From NCBI GenBank assembly GCA_012295275.1, contig CM022676.1, forward strand, positions 8,866,001-8,930,000: a DNA stretch of 64,000 nt, read 5' to 3'. Position 1 is the first letter of the stretch; each line of letters opens with the position of its first letter. Source of the stretch: Chrysomallon squamiferum. Taxonomy: Eukaryota; Animalia; Mollusca. Below the pieces are notes generated by a model. It did not search any database. It was not told the DNA's origin and saw only the letters and a program-made list of their open reading frames with translations. Below, piece by piece: positions 29,349-42,909 of this stretch. The position numbers were made by a program, and so were the translations under genes.

Positions 29349-29404
<56 letters not shown>

Positions 29405-29406
29405 CA

Positions 29407-29449
<43 letters not shown>

Positions 29450-29549
29450 CTTAAATGAATAAGGTTTTAGAAAAAAGGTTTACTTCAGCAACAAGGAACA
29501 ATAATTATACATTTACTAATTTATTGTAAAGTTTTGATTGTGTAACCCT

Positions 29550-30701
29550 TTCTCCAGACAATTATTCATCTCTCTCTCTGGAACATACTACATCAGTCTT
29601 CTTGTAGTGGCTACCTCATATGTAACATTTACCTCCTGCTGTGCAGTGATTTTTCTGTAACATTATGTACTTCGTGTTAGTAAGCTGATATTTCATATAT
29701 AGCAATAATTAACACAGCTACTGTTCAATGTACGGAATTATTTTAATATTCAGAAATCGTTTATAAGTTGATATATTTTAATATCTGAAAATGTTTATCA
29801 TATTAAAAAGCATAATTGAAAAATATTTTAGGTATTTTGAAATGTTGAAGATATTATTTGGTAATATTGTAGGCATCTGGATATTTTTGTAGATATTCAG
29901 AAATATTATGAATATCTCGATTTGTGGCTCATATTTGGAAATGTTATAGATAATTAGAATCACCATATCTATAAAGGCTGTAGATTATACGGAATTTTGT
30001 AGATACTTGGAAAGGTTGTAGGATCTGGAAATGTATGTGTCAGACGTGTAAACATTTAGAAACAGTCAATTAAATTGCTTACTGCCACAGAACAAGTTAT
30101 TGTGTTTCCATTGATGTGACAACTTTCACATTCAGAATTGTGGATGACAACCACGTGTTTTTTTGCTGAAAGTTTTACCAATCATTTGAAACTGACATGT
30201 AAATAACACGAATAGCATCGATACCAGGAAAGCCATTATTCGGTATTTTGTATTTTCTTTTGCGTATAATACACAAGGCCTCCACTGCATTCTGTACATT
30301 AGACAATATTATCTTTTTTTTTCTTTTTTTTTTTTTTTTTTTTTCCTTTTCTGAATAATTAGTGAGTTGTTGATCTGTGAATGAAAGTGTATAAGTACAT
30401 TTTAATTCAAATGATTACCATGGACACCATTTTTTCATTTCGGGTCTTATGGTAAGTGTGAAAAGAACTATCCTCACTATGAGCTCTTCTTTTACCAGTT
30501 AATGATAATGAATCATTTATATGTTACTAGCTAAAACAAAATCAGTAGTGTTTGCTAACCCACAAGGGTTTTTCTTTTCCTATATATTGTAAATCTTGAC
30601 AACACAATCATTGTAAATATTCTTTGTAAAAAGAATGCTATATTGATTATCATAACACAAATAATAATAATAATAATCAGTATACTACTACTAATAAAGA
30701 C

Positions 30702-30733
<32 letters not shown>

Positions 30734-33565
30734 GAGATATCTATTATTCAAAGAACTAAATTCTTCATCTTATTACAACTGTTGTTACAAAAACTACTAC
30801 TACTAAAACTTACATAAATATTCTCGCAGTTTACACGTTGCTTTTGAGCTGATAAGAAACTATTTAGCGTTAACTGTAACATTATCACAAGTGTCATCAA
30901 TGAGATCACACCCTTCCCATCATTGATGTCATGAACAACTGGTAGAATTCGAGAATTTAAGCACCCATAAGGTTTCTCTCACAGACACAAGTTCCTGATT
31001 AAAAGAAAACAAAAGAAAAAAAAACAACACAGGAAGAATGGTGATAGTTAAAAGCAAGGTATAAAGACATTCTTCTTTTGATTGGTATTAAAATAAGGCA
31101 TAGAATAATCTACTATTTCAACATGAAGTAAAGGAAAGAAATATTAAACAGAAAGTTCACATGATGCCATACACCTGAGCAAATATTACCCTATCGTAAG
31201 GAACTGTTTATAACGGAAAATAATTATTTAACTGAGTAAAATAAATCAAATGTACATCAAACTCTTAATTTTGTTCATGATTATTGTATATTTATTGTAG
31301 CACTCGGCTTTAAACTTCGAAAAGATGTTGAGTTAAAGCTAAGAAAGCAGACGATGAAAAGAAACAAACCATTAGCACACTGCCCTCTATGTGAACAGTG
31401 AGATGGACAGGAAACTCTGATGACTTTAGTCAGTATCGATTCTTTCCCTTTTGTCTTATGAAAATCTTCATTCATAACTGCTTCATTTACGCAAGAAGAT
31501 TTCACATTTTCTATCGCTGATTCAGCAAAGATGGTTTGCCCAGAATCCTGAATAACAGAAAACTAATTTCATTTACTAGAATATGTTTCGTTTTTACTTT
31601 TTTGCAGAGCTGATACATCTTCAGTCTTCTGTGTATTATTTCTTATTGAAGGGAAAGGGAATATAAATGTCAAGTTTCTTCTGAATAGAAAGTGTGCAGC
31701 AGATTTATGTTCTCTTAGTTTTTAATCATATGTATGAACCAGTGAACTTGTAGTTCAAAAATATATTAAGAATATTGTTTTAATAAGTAATTAACATTTT
31801 TAAAAAATGTCTTTCTTTCTCTTTATTTGCATTGTTTAATTCCACTAACACCATGTTAATTCTCTGAGAAAGTGTAGATGGACTGATTCCAGTTTCAACA
31901 AACAACTGTTATAAATGTAAACATTTTATCTTGTTGCTTAGAAGGACAAACAAAAGCAGATATCATGGCTATCTGCACATCATGAACAGGATTGTTGCAA
32001 TCCGTATAACTGTCATACAGGGCAGGTTTGTAAATCTTCTGTCTGCTGTTGCACGCCAGTCCAACCTAACTTCTTTGAGAGGATTCTCACCACGTCTTCG
32101 TATAGTTTTGAATCGAGCTCGAAATCATTGGCAGCGTTTATAAAGTTACAGTGACGACAGAACACATAAAATAATTGGTGAGATATGAGGTCAAAACCTG
32201 GAGGCCTTGTCCATCTGAACTAAAAATTAAGATTTCAGAAGTTTGTATTTTAACCATTATGCTGTATGAAGAAATAATCAAATCCTCACCATGGTGTCAA
32301 ATATACAGTCTTCCAGATTTCCACCCACAAATTTGCTTTGAACTGATTGACACTTTTTTGATTGTGAGAATAATTTCTTACATATCCCTGCTGCTAGGGA
32401 TTTTGTTATGGTCTGTGTAGTATTTGATACATCCTGTGGCAAAAAGTGAAGAAAAAATGTAAATACTGACACATATCTCACTTAACAGAAATTACAAAAA
32501 ATAATAATAATGACAAGAACAGTAGCTCTGGAAATTCAAATTCAGAAAGCCAAAGCTAAATTAGGAGTGCCATTTAGTAGAACTTCTCCACCCTAAATTC
32601 AATCATTATATATTATTCACGTTATTCTATTTGGGAACAGGGAAATGCAATCTCTTGAGTACAGGGTTGTTGTACCAGTTGATCAAGATAGAACAAAGTA
32701 TGGGTATTTGTATGTTGAAGGAGAAACACAAAGAGAGAGAATGTTAAGAGGTGATCAATTTGCTGTCAATTCAGCTCAACATAATGCACCAACAGACTCA
32801 CTCTTTTTTTCTGGAACTGCTGTGAACATTGTCTTTACTTTCAGCATAAGTGATAGATCTCTTTTTCTTGCGAGCTCGGAACATGCATTTTCTCCTGTTT
32901 GGTTTTTCCACTGTTTTAGGTTTGATAGGCTTGACAGAACTCACGCTCCGCTATTGTTTCGTCGCAGGGCGGATGTTTACATTTCATTTGTTTAGGACAA
33001 TAACACAGGAATGAAACATCTTTCCACTTCCTGAGTGTGTTGCAGTAGTTATTTCTCAATAAGAGATTCTCCGAATCAAATAATCTGTCAGAACATTAAA
33101 CTGTGTCACTTGTTTGACATATCCATCATGCTCACATCAGAAAATATTAACAGAATACAATACCACTTCTACCATTATTATTATTATCATCAGGACAACT
33201 TACTATGCCATACCTAATCATAACAGCACATCTGGATACATATATTTTTCAAAACATACCGTACTTTATTCATAATAATAAAAAAATAAAAAAAATAAAA
33301 ATGATGGCAAAAAGAAAAGAAAAGAAAAAAGAAACAAATTAAATTAATAATTTCTGACAAGTACTTCCAAGAGTTCACGAAGTCCTTTTCATTTTTTTTC
33401 GGCAGCTTGTCACTACCACGCAGATATCTTTTCCCTGTACCAAGTTCTTCACAGATACCTCTTGTACTTTTATAATCCAGGATATGAAGGGTAGATGAAC
33501 ACATTTATGAATTTGTTGTTAAAATATATACGTAAGAGAACTCTTGCTTCTGTAGGAAAGTATAC
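29550..33565 (-). pseudogene. VWD and EGF domain-containing (VWDE-like) gene, 3' segment, disrupted; copy 1
   Basis: Minus-strand exons: 33565-33365 (VYFPTEARVLLRIYFNNKFINVFIYPS / DYKSTRGICE...DFVNSWK, frameshifted, VWD C-terminal pattern); 33084-32802 (Cys linker, disrupted); 32433-32290 (AAGICKKLFSQS...EDCIFDTM); 31547-31370 (...SCPSHCSHRGQCANG, EGF-like); ~30995-30814 (TCVCERN..); ~30292-30060 (EAL..VSND-like, decayed); ~29655-29550 (KNHCTAGGKCYI*). Family assignment is from remembered motif order, not a search. Confidence 0.7.
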
Positions 33566-34678
33566 CTCGGTGGAAAAAGAAGGAACAGAAATGACGAGAA
33601 GAAAATTTAGGACGTCTGATGGTAATTAAATTAATCCGATTTGTATTACCATTATGAAAAGAAAACTGAAAAGTAAAACACACTGCATATGTCTTGTTTA
33701 TTCTTTTATTTTGTCACATACTGACTGTGTGTTTTTCAACTGAACTAATGAGTCTGTCAGACAGACACACAGACAAACACACACACGAACACACATACAC
33801 AAAAATAAAATAGAAATAAGATTATAATCAAATAACACTAATAAAGATCAGAAAACATGTGTAATCTGTTATTACTTGCTTTATATTAAATTACATCTAA
33901 AAATGAAGATAATCTGATTTCTATAGCATTATGAAGATAATTAGAATCACCATATCTACAAAGGCTGTAGATTATACGGAATGTTGTAGATACTTGGAAA
34001 GGTTGTAGGATCTGGAAATGTATGTGTCAGACGTGTAAACATTTAGAAATAGTCAATTAAGTTGCTTACTGCCACAGAACAAGTTATTGTGTTTCCACTG
34101 ATGTGACAACTTTCACACTGAGAATTGTGGATGACAACCACGTGATTTTTTTGCTGAAAGTTTTACCATCATTTGAAACTGATATGTAAATAACACGAAT
34201 AGCATCGACACCAGGAAAGCCATTATTCGGTATTTTGTATTTTCTTTTGGGTATAGGACACAAGGCCTCCACTGCATTCTGTACATTTTTTTATTTTTTT
34301 ATTTTTTTTGCTTTTCTGAATAATTAGTGAGTTGTTGATCTGTGAATGAAACTTTATAAGTACATTTTAATTCAAATGATTTTACCATGGACACCTATTT
34401 TTCATTTCGGGTCTTATGATGAGTGAGAAAAGAATTTTCCTCACTATGAGCTCTTCTTTTACCAGTTAATGATAATGCATCATTTATATGTTACTAGCTA
34501 AAACAAAATCAGTACACAATATTCATAGTGTTTGCTAACCCACAAATGTTTTTATTTTCTTATATACTGTAAATCTTGACAACGCAATCGCTGTAAATAT
34601 TCTTTGTAAAAAAAATGATATATTGATTATCATAACAAAAATAATAATAATAATCAGTATACTACTACTAATAAAGAC

Positions 34679-34712
<34 letters not shown>

Positions 34713-34749
34713 TAATAATAATAATCAGTATACTACTACTAATAAAGAC

Positions 34750-34796
<47 letters not shown>

Positions 34797-37700
34797 GAGA
34801 TATCTATTATGCAAAGAACTAAATTCTTCATCTTATTACAACTGTAGTTGCAAAAACTACTACTACTAAAACTTACATAATTTCTCGCAGTTTACACGTT
34901 GCTTTTGAGCTGATAACAAAATATTTAGCGCTAACTGTAACATTATCACAAGGGTCATCAAGGAGATCACATCCCTCCCCATCATTAATGTCATGAACAA
35001 CTGGTGGAATTCGAATATCAGTGGAGCAGTCAGCACCCATAAAATTTCTCTCACAGACACAAGTTCCTGATTAAAAGATAACAAAATAAAAAAATAAAAT
35101 AAAAAACACATAAAGAATGGTGATAGTTAAAAGCAAGGCATAAAGGCATTCTTTTTTTATTTTTTTTTTTTAGTATTAAAATAAGGCATAGACTAATCTA
35201 CAATTTCAACATGAAGTAAAAGAAATATATGTTAAACAGAAAGTTCACATGATGCCATACACCTGAGCAAATATCACTCTATCGTAAGAAAATGTTTATA
35301 ACGGAAAATAATTATTTAACTGAGTAAAATAAATCAAATGTACACCACTCTTAATTTTGTTCATGATTATTGTATATTTATTGTAGACTCGGCTTTAAAC
35401 TTGGGAAATATGTTGAGTTAAAGCTAAGAAAGCAGACGATGAAAAGAAACAAACCATTAGCACACTGCCCTCTATGTGAACAGTGAGATGGACAGGAAAC
35501 TCTGATGACTTTAGTCAGTATCGATTCTTTCCCTTTTGTCTCATGAAATTCTTCATTCATAACTGCTTCAGTTACGCAAGAAGATTTCACATTTTCTATC
35601 GCTGATTCAGCAAAGATGGTTTGCCCAGATGCCTGAATAACAGAAAACTAATTTCATTTACTAGAATATGTTTCGTTTTTACTTTTTTGCAGAGCTGATA
35701 CATCTTCAGTCTTCTGTGTATTATTTCTTATTGAAGGGAAAGGGAATATAAATGTCAAGGTTCTTCTGAATAGAAAGTGTGCAGCAGATTTATGTTCTCT
35801 TAGTTTTTAATCATATGTATGAACCAGTGAACTTGTAGTTCAAAAATATATTAAGAATATTGTTTTAATAAGTAATTAAGATTTTTTTTAAATGTCTTTC
35901 TTTCTCTTTATTTGCATTGTTTAATTCCACTAACACCATGTTAATTCTCTGAGAAAGTGTAGCTGGACTGATTCCAGTTTCAACAAACAACTGTTATAAA
36001 TGTAAACATTTTATCTTGTTGTTTAGAAGGACAAACAAAAGCAGATATCATGGCTATCTGCACATCATGAACAGGATTGTTGCAATCCGTATAACTGTCA
36101 TACAGGGCAGGTTTGTAAATCTTCTGTCTGCTGTTGCACAAAAAGTGGCCAGCCCAACCTAACTTCTTTGAGAGGATTCTCACCACGTCTTCGTATAGTT
36201 TTGAATCGAGCTCGAAATCATTGGCAGCGTTTATAAAATTACAGTGACGACAGAACACATAAAATAATTGGGGAGATATGAGGTCAAAACCTGGAGGCCT
36301 TGTCCATCTGAACTAAAAATTAAAATTTCAGAAGTTTGTATTTTAACCATTATGCTGTATGAAGAAATAATCAAATCCTCACCATGCTGCTAAATATACA
36401 GTCTTCCAGATTTCCACCCACAAATTTGCTTTGAACTGATTGACACTTTTTTGATTGTGAGAATAATTTCTCACATATCCGTGTTGCTAGGGATTTTGCA
36501 ATGGTCTGCGTAGTATTTGATACATCCTGTGGGAAAAAGTGAAGAAAAAATGTAAATACTGACACATATCTCACTTAACAGAAATTACAAAAAATAATAA
36601 TAATGACAACAAGAACAGTAGCTCTGGAAATTCAAATTCAGAAAGCCAAAGCTAAATTAGGAGTGCCATTTAGTAGAACGTCTCCACCCTAAATTCAATC
36701 ATTTAATATTATTCACGTTATTCTATTTGGGAACAGGGAAATGCAATCTCTTGAGTACAGGGTTGTACCAGTTGATCAAGATAGAACAAAGTTTGTGTGT
36801 TTGTATGTTGAAAGAGAAACACAAAGAGAGAGAATGTTAAGAGGTGATCAATTTGCTATCAATTCAGCTCAACATAATGCACCAAAAGACTCACTTTTTT
36901 TTTTCTGGAACTGCTGTGAACATTGTCTTTACTTTCAGCATAAGTGATAGATCTCTTTTTCTTGCGAGCTCGGAACATGCATCGTCTCCTATTTGGTTTT
37001 TCCACTGTTTTAGGTTTGATAGGCTTGACAGAACTCACGCTCCGCTATTGATTCGTCGCAGGACGGATGTTTATATATTCATTTGTTTAGGACAATAACA
37101 CAGGAATGAAACGTCTTTCCACTTCTTGAGGGTGTTACAGTAGTTTATTTCTCAATAAGAGATTCTCCGAATCAAATAATCTGTCAGAACATTAAACTGT
37201 GTCACTTGTTTGACATATCCATCATGCTCACATCAGAAAATATTAACAGAATACAATACCACTTCTACCACTATTATTATTATCAGAACAACTAAGTATG
37301 CCATACCTAATCATAACAGCACATCTGGATACATATATTTTTCAAAACATACCGTACTTTATTCATAATAATAAAAAAATAAAAAAAATAAAAATGATGG
37401 CAAAAAGAAAAGAAAAGAAAAAAGAAACAAATTAAATTAATAATTTCTGACAAGTACTTCCAAGAGTTCACGAAGTCCTTTTCATTTTTTTTCGGCAGCT
37501 TGTCACTACCACGCAGATATCTTTTCCCTGTACCAAGTTCTTCACAGAGACCTCTTGTACTTTTATAATCCAGGATATGAAGGGTAGATGAACACATTTA
37601 TGAATTTGTTGTTAAAATATATACGTAAGAGAACTCTTGCTTCTGTAGGAAAGTATACCTCAGTGGAAAAAGAAGGAATAGAAATGACGAGAAGAAAATT

Positions 37701-38033
37701 TAGGACGTCTGATGGTAATTAAATTAATCCGATTTGTATTACCATTATGAAAAGAAAACTGAAAAGTAAAACACACTGCATATGTCTTGTTTATTCTTTT
37801 ATTTTGTCACATACTGACTGTGTGTTTTTCAGCTGAACTAATGAGTCTCTCAAACAGACACACAGACAAACACACACACGAACACACATACACAAAAATA
37901 AAATAGAAATAAGATTATAATCAAATAACACTAATAAAGATCAGAAAACATGTGTAATCTGTTATTACTTGCTTTATACTGAATTACATCTAAAAATGAA
38001 GATAATCTGATTTCTATAGCATTGTGAAGATAA
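29948..38033 (+). repeat. Direct tandem duplication, units 29948-33934 and 33935-38033
   Basis: Collinear high similarity along both units. AGATAA occurs at the left end, the junction and the right end. Confidence 0.9.
34050..37658 (-). pseudogene. VWDE-like gene 3' segment, disrupted; copy 2
   Basis: Tandem duplicate of copy 1 with the same VWD-exon frameshift. Better preserved in places: TCVCERNFMGADCSTDIRIPPVVHDINDG and EALCPIP...ISVSNDGKTFS. Confidence 0.7.
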
Positions 38034-38540
38034 CGATTAAGAACATGTGACACCGATCTCCAGATGATAGCTTTTTACAATGAGAGAACAAAACACAGAA
38101 AACCGATAATATGAAAACTTAAAAAGAAGCGCTATAATAAGGCATAATGATTCATTTTCGTTATTCCATTATGAACTATCATTTGAAATCTTAGAATTAC
38201 AGAAGCATATATTTATGTCATCATCTGATATTAGTACTGAGGGCCTGTACAGTTATTTATTTATATTTTATTTTTACTCGCTGTTGTTTATTTGTACAGT
38301 GATATGTATGTACTCGAATAAATAAATAAATAAATACATAAAATACATACATAAATAAATAAATCTGAAGTAATAGTCAAAGCATCTCAACCACTCCACA
38401 CAATCAGCTAGTTAATCTTTTAAATGTCTTACGGAAAAAAAAAAAAAAAAAAAAAAAAAACACGCTCACACACACGCACACACACATAGACACAAAACCG
38501 GTGACGATAATTCTCAAGATACCTGCGGATTTAAAATCAG

Positions 38541-38583
38541 TGACGTAGACCTATTTTACGTCATTGTTTCAGATTTGACGCAA
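38541..38583 (+). promoter_or_regulatory. Cluster of bZIP (CRE/C-EBP-like) motifs upstream of B1
   Basis: TGACGT, TTACGTCA and TGACGCAA within 43 bp. Retained upstream of B2 (~43050-43092) and B3 (~47653-47695). Function is inferred only. Confidence 0.3.
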
Positions 38584-38668
38584 TACGAGACATGACCCAT
38601 GTATACTGATGCTTGCCAGTTGGTTTGTTTTTCATTATTATTATTAGTAGTATTAGTATTAGTATTAA

Positions 38669-38709
<41 letters not shown>

Positions 38710-39560
38710 TTGTTGTTCTCGTTCCAATAAAAGGCATACCAGAATGATATTCATGCGTCACGTAGAATTCTTTTCAGAAAGCGGTATGACTGATATTCTT
38801 TGTGCATCTCAGTACAATCTTTGTGCTGTAATATTAATTGGCCGAAATTTAAAAACACATTTGTTTTTTGTTTGTTTTCTTTTTCATCTCAGTAGAATTT
38901 AAAACAGAGAAAAAGATCGTAGTTTTCACCATTACAGTCTACCCGTTTTCTCAGAGTTGCAGTTTGTTCATCTTTAAATCTGACCAAATAAAACCATTTT
39001 ACTGATAGAATGTCTTCAAAATATTACTGAGCGCGAAAGTAATTGGCCTGTTAGAGTCTGTGAAAATCCTGTTTTGGCGGTATGGATTGTGATAAGTCAC
39101 CTGATGAATATACTGTCATTTGATGTTTATTTGTAATTCAGTTTCAGTGCATTAAACGCTTACAGTCTGTATGAACGTTTTCCTACGTTCTGATTTATTT
39201 TGGTTACGACAGACCAAACTCTTTTCTTGCTAAAGGAATAAAGGTAAAGGTTTCTTTTCCTTAACAAGTTAATTTATGTAATTTATATGAACTGTTAGAG
39301 AAAGAAATGTCAAATTCAATACTAATTTAATTAACAGGAGAGCTTGAAAATATTTTAAGTGATTTATACAACAACAACAACAACAACAACAATAATAATA
39401 ATAATAAGTAAATACTTTCAAAAATATAAATATTTACATTCTTACATACTTGTCTGTAATAAAAATTATTATCAATAAATTTAGATCAGGTAAATTAATT
39501 CAAGTCCATTCAAGTTGATTTTTGCGTAAAATTAAAAGCTGAAATTATTTACATATTTCC

Positions 39561-39618
<58 letters not shown>

Positions 39619-39623
39619 GAAAA

Positions 39624-41066
39624 ATGACTAAAGTACGTCCGTCTCGAAAAAACCTCCACAAAACGTTTAAGAAGAAATGGTGGTTTTATTTGCTTTTTGT
39701 GCTTTTCTTCACGACTATTCTCGATAAAACAGGTAAACTGTTAATTGTGGCTAGAATTTCACAAATAATTAAAATAATCCTACACGAAATCAATACGAAA
39801 ACGAAGCCATGAGTACGCAAGAGCTTTTAATTCAGTTAATATTTCAGCCAGTGACAGTATTTAGTTTCTTTGTATTTACGGAGGCAGTTATATCATATAT
39901 TCACTCAGTGATGATGTGATGAATATAATCAACACTTACATTCTGTATGTGACGAATTCACTCAGTATTTGTAGGCAGGCATATTTTAATGAATGTATTG
40001 TCCATTTCTTATTAGTGATGTTATCATAAATTAATTCAGTATTTCTCATCAGTACTTTATTATAATTATTATTATTATTATTATTATTATTTTTTTGGTG
40101 ATGTTATGTTCTGTTTCAAGTCACTGTATTATAATGAATGTTCTCAATATTTGTATACATTCATATTTTAATTAACTTACGTTCTATATCAAGTCATTGT
40201 ATTGAGATGACGTCACTGAATGTTCGAAGACAATCATATTAAAGTTAATTCATATAGTATATCTGGTCAGCGGTATTAGGTTTTTTTTTTTTTCATTCAG
40301 CATTAGAATTCATTCATTCATTCATTCATTCATTTTCAGATGCTCCGGGATTACATACCCGTATCCTAAGAATAAACAAATTTGAGCTTCCATTTGTAGC
40401 TAAAGGGGTGTTTGATTGTGAGAGACAGTTCGTACACTGCATATGGGAATATCAGGTATGCACTAGAATGCTTTGTGGCTTGGAGTCTAAACTGTTATCC
40501 TGAAGAGCGATTGTTCGCAAGAAGGCTGATCTGACTCCAGCTGTAGCCTACAATTGTTACTGACTGAATATTTATAGAGTATGCGTTATATTTAAGATCA
40601 TTCGGTAGAGCACTTTGGGCCCTGAATTTAAAATCTTTGTTATTTTTTTAATAGTGACAACAACAACAAAAGCAACTGCAGATAAATAGATAACAAGATA
40701 GATAGAAAGACAGACAAACAGATTGATAGATAGACAGATGGACTGATCAACAAATAACTAAAAAAAGAAATAAAAATTAATTATTATAGCAGCAGCCTTT
40801 TTACTAATTGTACCTTTTTTTTTTTGATTAACCGTTTTTGTTCTCCTGCTTTGTATTATCATTATTATTATTATTATTATTATCATTATTATTATTATTA
40901 TTATTGTAGTTGTTGTTGTTGTTGTTTTTGCTGTTGCTGTTGTCGTTCTTATAGTTGTTGTTGCTCTTATTGTTGTTGTTCCTCTTTTTTTGGTCTTCTG
41001 TTCTTCTTCGTATTATTACTGTTATTGTTATTGTTGTTGTTGTTATTGTTATTGTTGTTGTTGTTG

Positions 41067-41148
<82 letters not shown>

Positions 41149-41531
41149 AGCTAGAAGGTAAAAAACGTATTGCGTTTCCTTCCAAGTTCTCAACAAGTCA
41201 AAACCTGACACCTGGCTGCTATTCAGTGTATACGACTACGACAGTATGCACACTGTATTTGGAGAGCAGACCTTCTTTTCTAGTTGGCAAAGGTTACATC
41301 GTATTAAGGACTCAATCTGGTTATAGAGTATCTACACAGTTGTTAACTTTCACAGGTAAATATAGGAAGGAAATATTTGTTGATGGTAAACATTAGGGTA
41401 ATGCAGTGAACATTTTCCTCTCATAAACTTTGTCACATTAATCGTGAGACGTGATGAATTGCATTCAGACAATGCCACAGCGATTCATCGATTGTGCAAA
41501 TCGGCTAAACTATGTACGTGATGACGTAACA

Positions 41532-41573
<42 letters not shown>

Positions 41574-41875
41574 GTTGTTGTTGTTGTTGTTTTTGTTGTT
41601 ACCGTTATTATTATTATTATGAATATGATGATTATTATTGTTATTATGATTATTATTATGATTACAATTATTATTTCAGATTCCAGTGCCAATAGGGCTC
41701 GTTCTCCAGCCAAACTTCCTAATGGTACGACTCCTGCTGCATGTTCTTCCACGCCACTGTTTTTTATAATGTAAAACAATTACTTTTTATTTCAACATAC
41801 GATCGTATACATAATTAGATATCTACATGCATGCCTACTTACATACCTACATACATACATATATATAAACAGAGA

Positions 41876-41963
<88 letters not shown>

Positions 41964-42288
41964 AAATAAATGATGGAAGACAAAATAAAGGCCTGCTTCG
42001 AGGGATGCGATGGTTACACTCGGTTATTGAACAATTTCTTTGCGACGTTGTCCTCATGTCCGAAGGTAACGTCGTCTGCCTACGAAACACGACCGAATGG
42101 GTGCCATATGTTCGAATCTTGTCAGCGGCGTTTCTTAATAAAATTTCTGAATGGTTTGTTTAACATTCAAAATCGTTAGCGATCACATTATCTACTATGC
42201 TTTCAATCTACTGATTCATTCATTATTTTTGTTCTCTTTTATTTCTAGTTTTGCCGTCGCCGTCATCTTCGTCATTGATTGGCCATAG
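39624..42288 (+). CDS. Family B gene B1: 186 aa putative GPI-anchored surface protein; exons 39624-39732, 40340-40455, 41151-41355, 41680-41770, 42249-42288
   Basis: [36 protein letters not shown]|[39 protein letters not shown]|[13 protein letters not shown]...[30 protein letters not shown]...LLTFT|[31 protein letters not shown]|[12 protein letters not shown]. All GT-AG; phases 1,0,1,2 close exactly (561 nt). Confidence 0.72.
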
Positions 42289-42577
42289 CTGATTGTCACA
42301 AACTTTCATTAACAGCAACGATAAATTTTATATTCGCAACTTTCGCGAAATCTGTTTTCATCTTGAACAGAAAATAGCTGAAACCATTATGATGACAACG
42401 GTACTTTGATATCAAGGCGCCATTTTCTATGTTAACCTCATTCAGAGTTAGTTCTAACAATTTCTTACACGAAATAATCGATTATATTCAAACAATGTTG
42501 ACTGTATCGATTTCATTGAAGTATAGGTATGACTCAGAATTTTTACATCTAGATCGAAATTACTCTTTTTCTTCTTC

Positions 42578-42616
<39 letters not shown>

Positions 42617-42757
42617 ATTGCTCATTTCTAAATGATTTATTACAAGTGTTTTTGGTAAACGATGGTTACTGTTAATGTTTCAAAGAGATAAAAGTTTTGT
42701 TTAAAAGTTTCTGTGTTTTTTGTCTTATATGCCTATGTATATGTACATGTGTATACA

Positions 42758-42830
<73 letters not shown>

Positions 42831-42850
42831 AAATAGACAGATAATGTATC

Positions 42851-42909
<59 letters not shown>

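Noticed and set aside
35980-36258. 92-aa minus-strand ORF inside a VWDE-like intron (also ~31900-32170)
   Set aside because: The flanking exons join in phase without it, the other copy has an indel, and no domain was recognised.
42290-42410. TGA in B1/B2 aligned with TGT (Cys) in B3 with an open frame beyond, suggesting selenocysteine or readthrough
   Set aside because: It lies in the alternative phase-1 frame of the last exon. The phase-2 frame gives a coherent hydrophobic tail ending at a TAG shared by all three copies. No SECIS was identified, and recent duplication explains the open frame.
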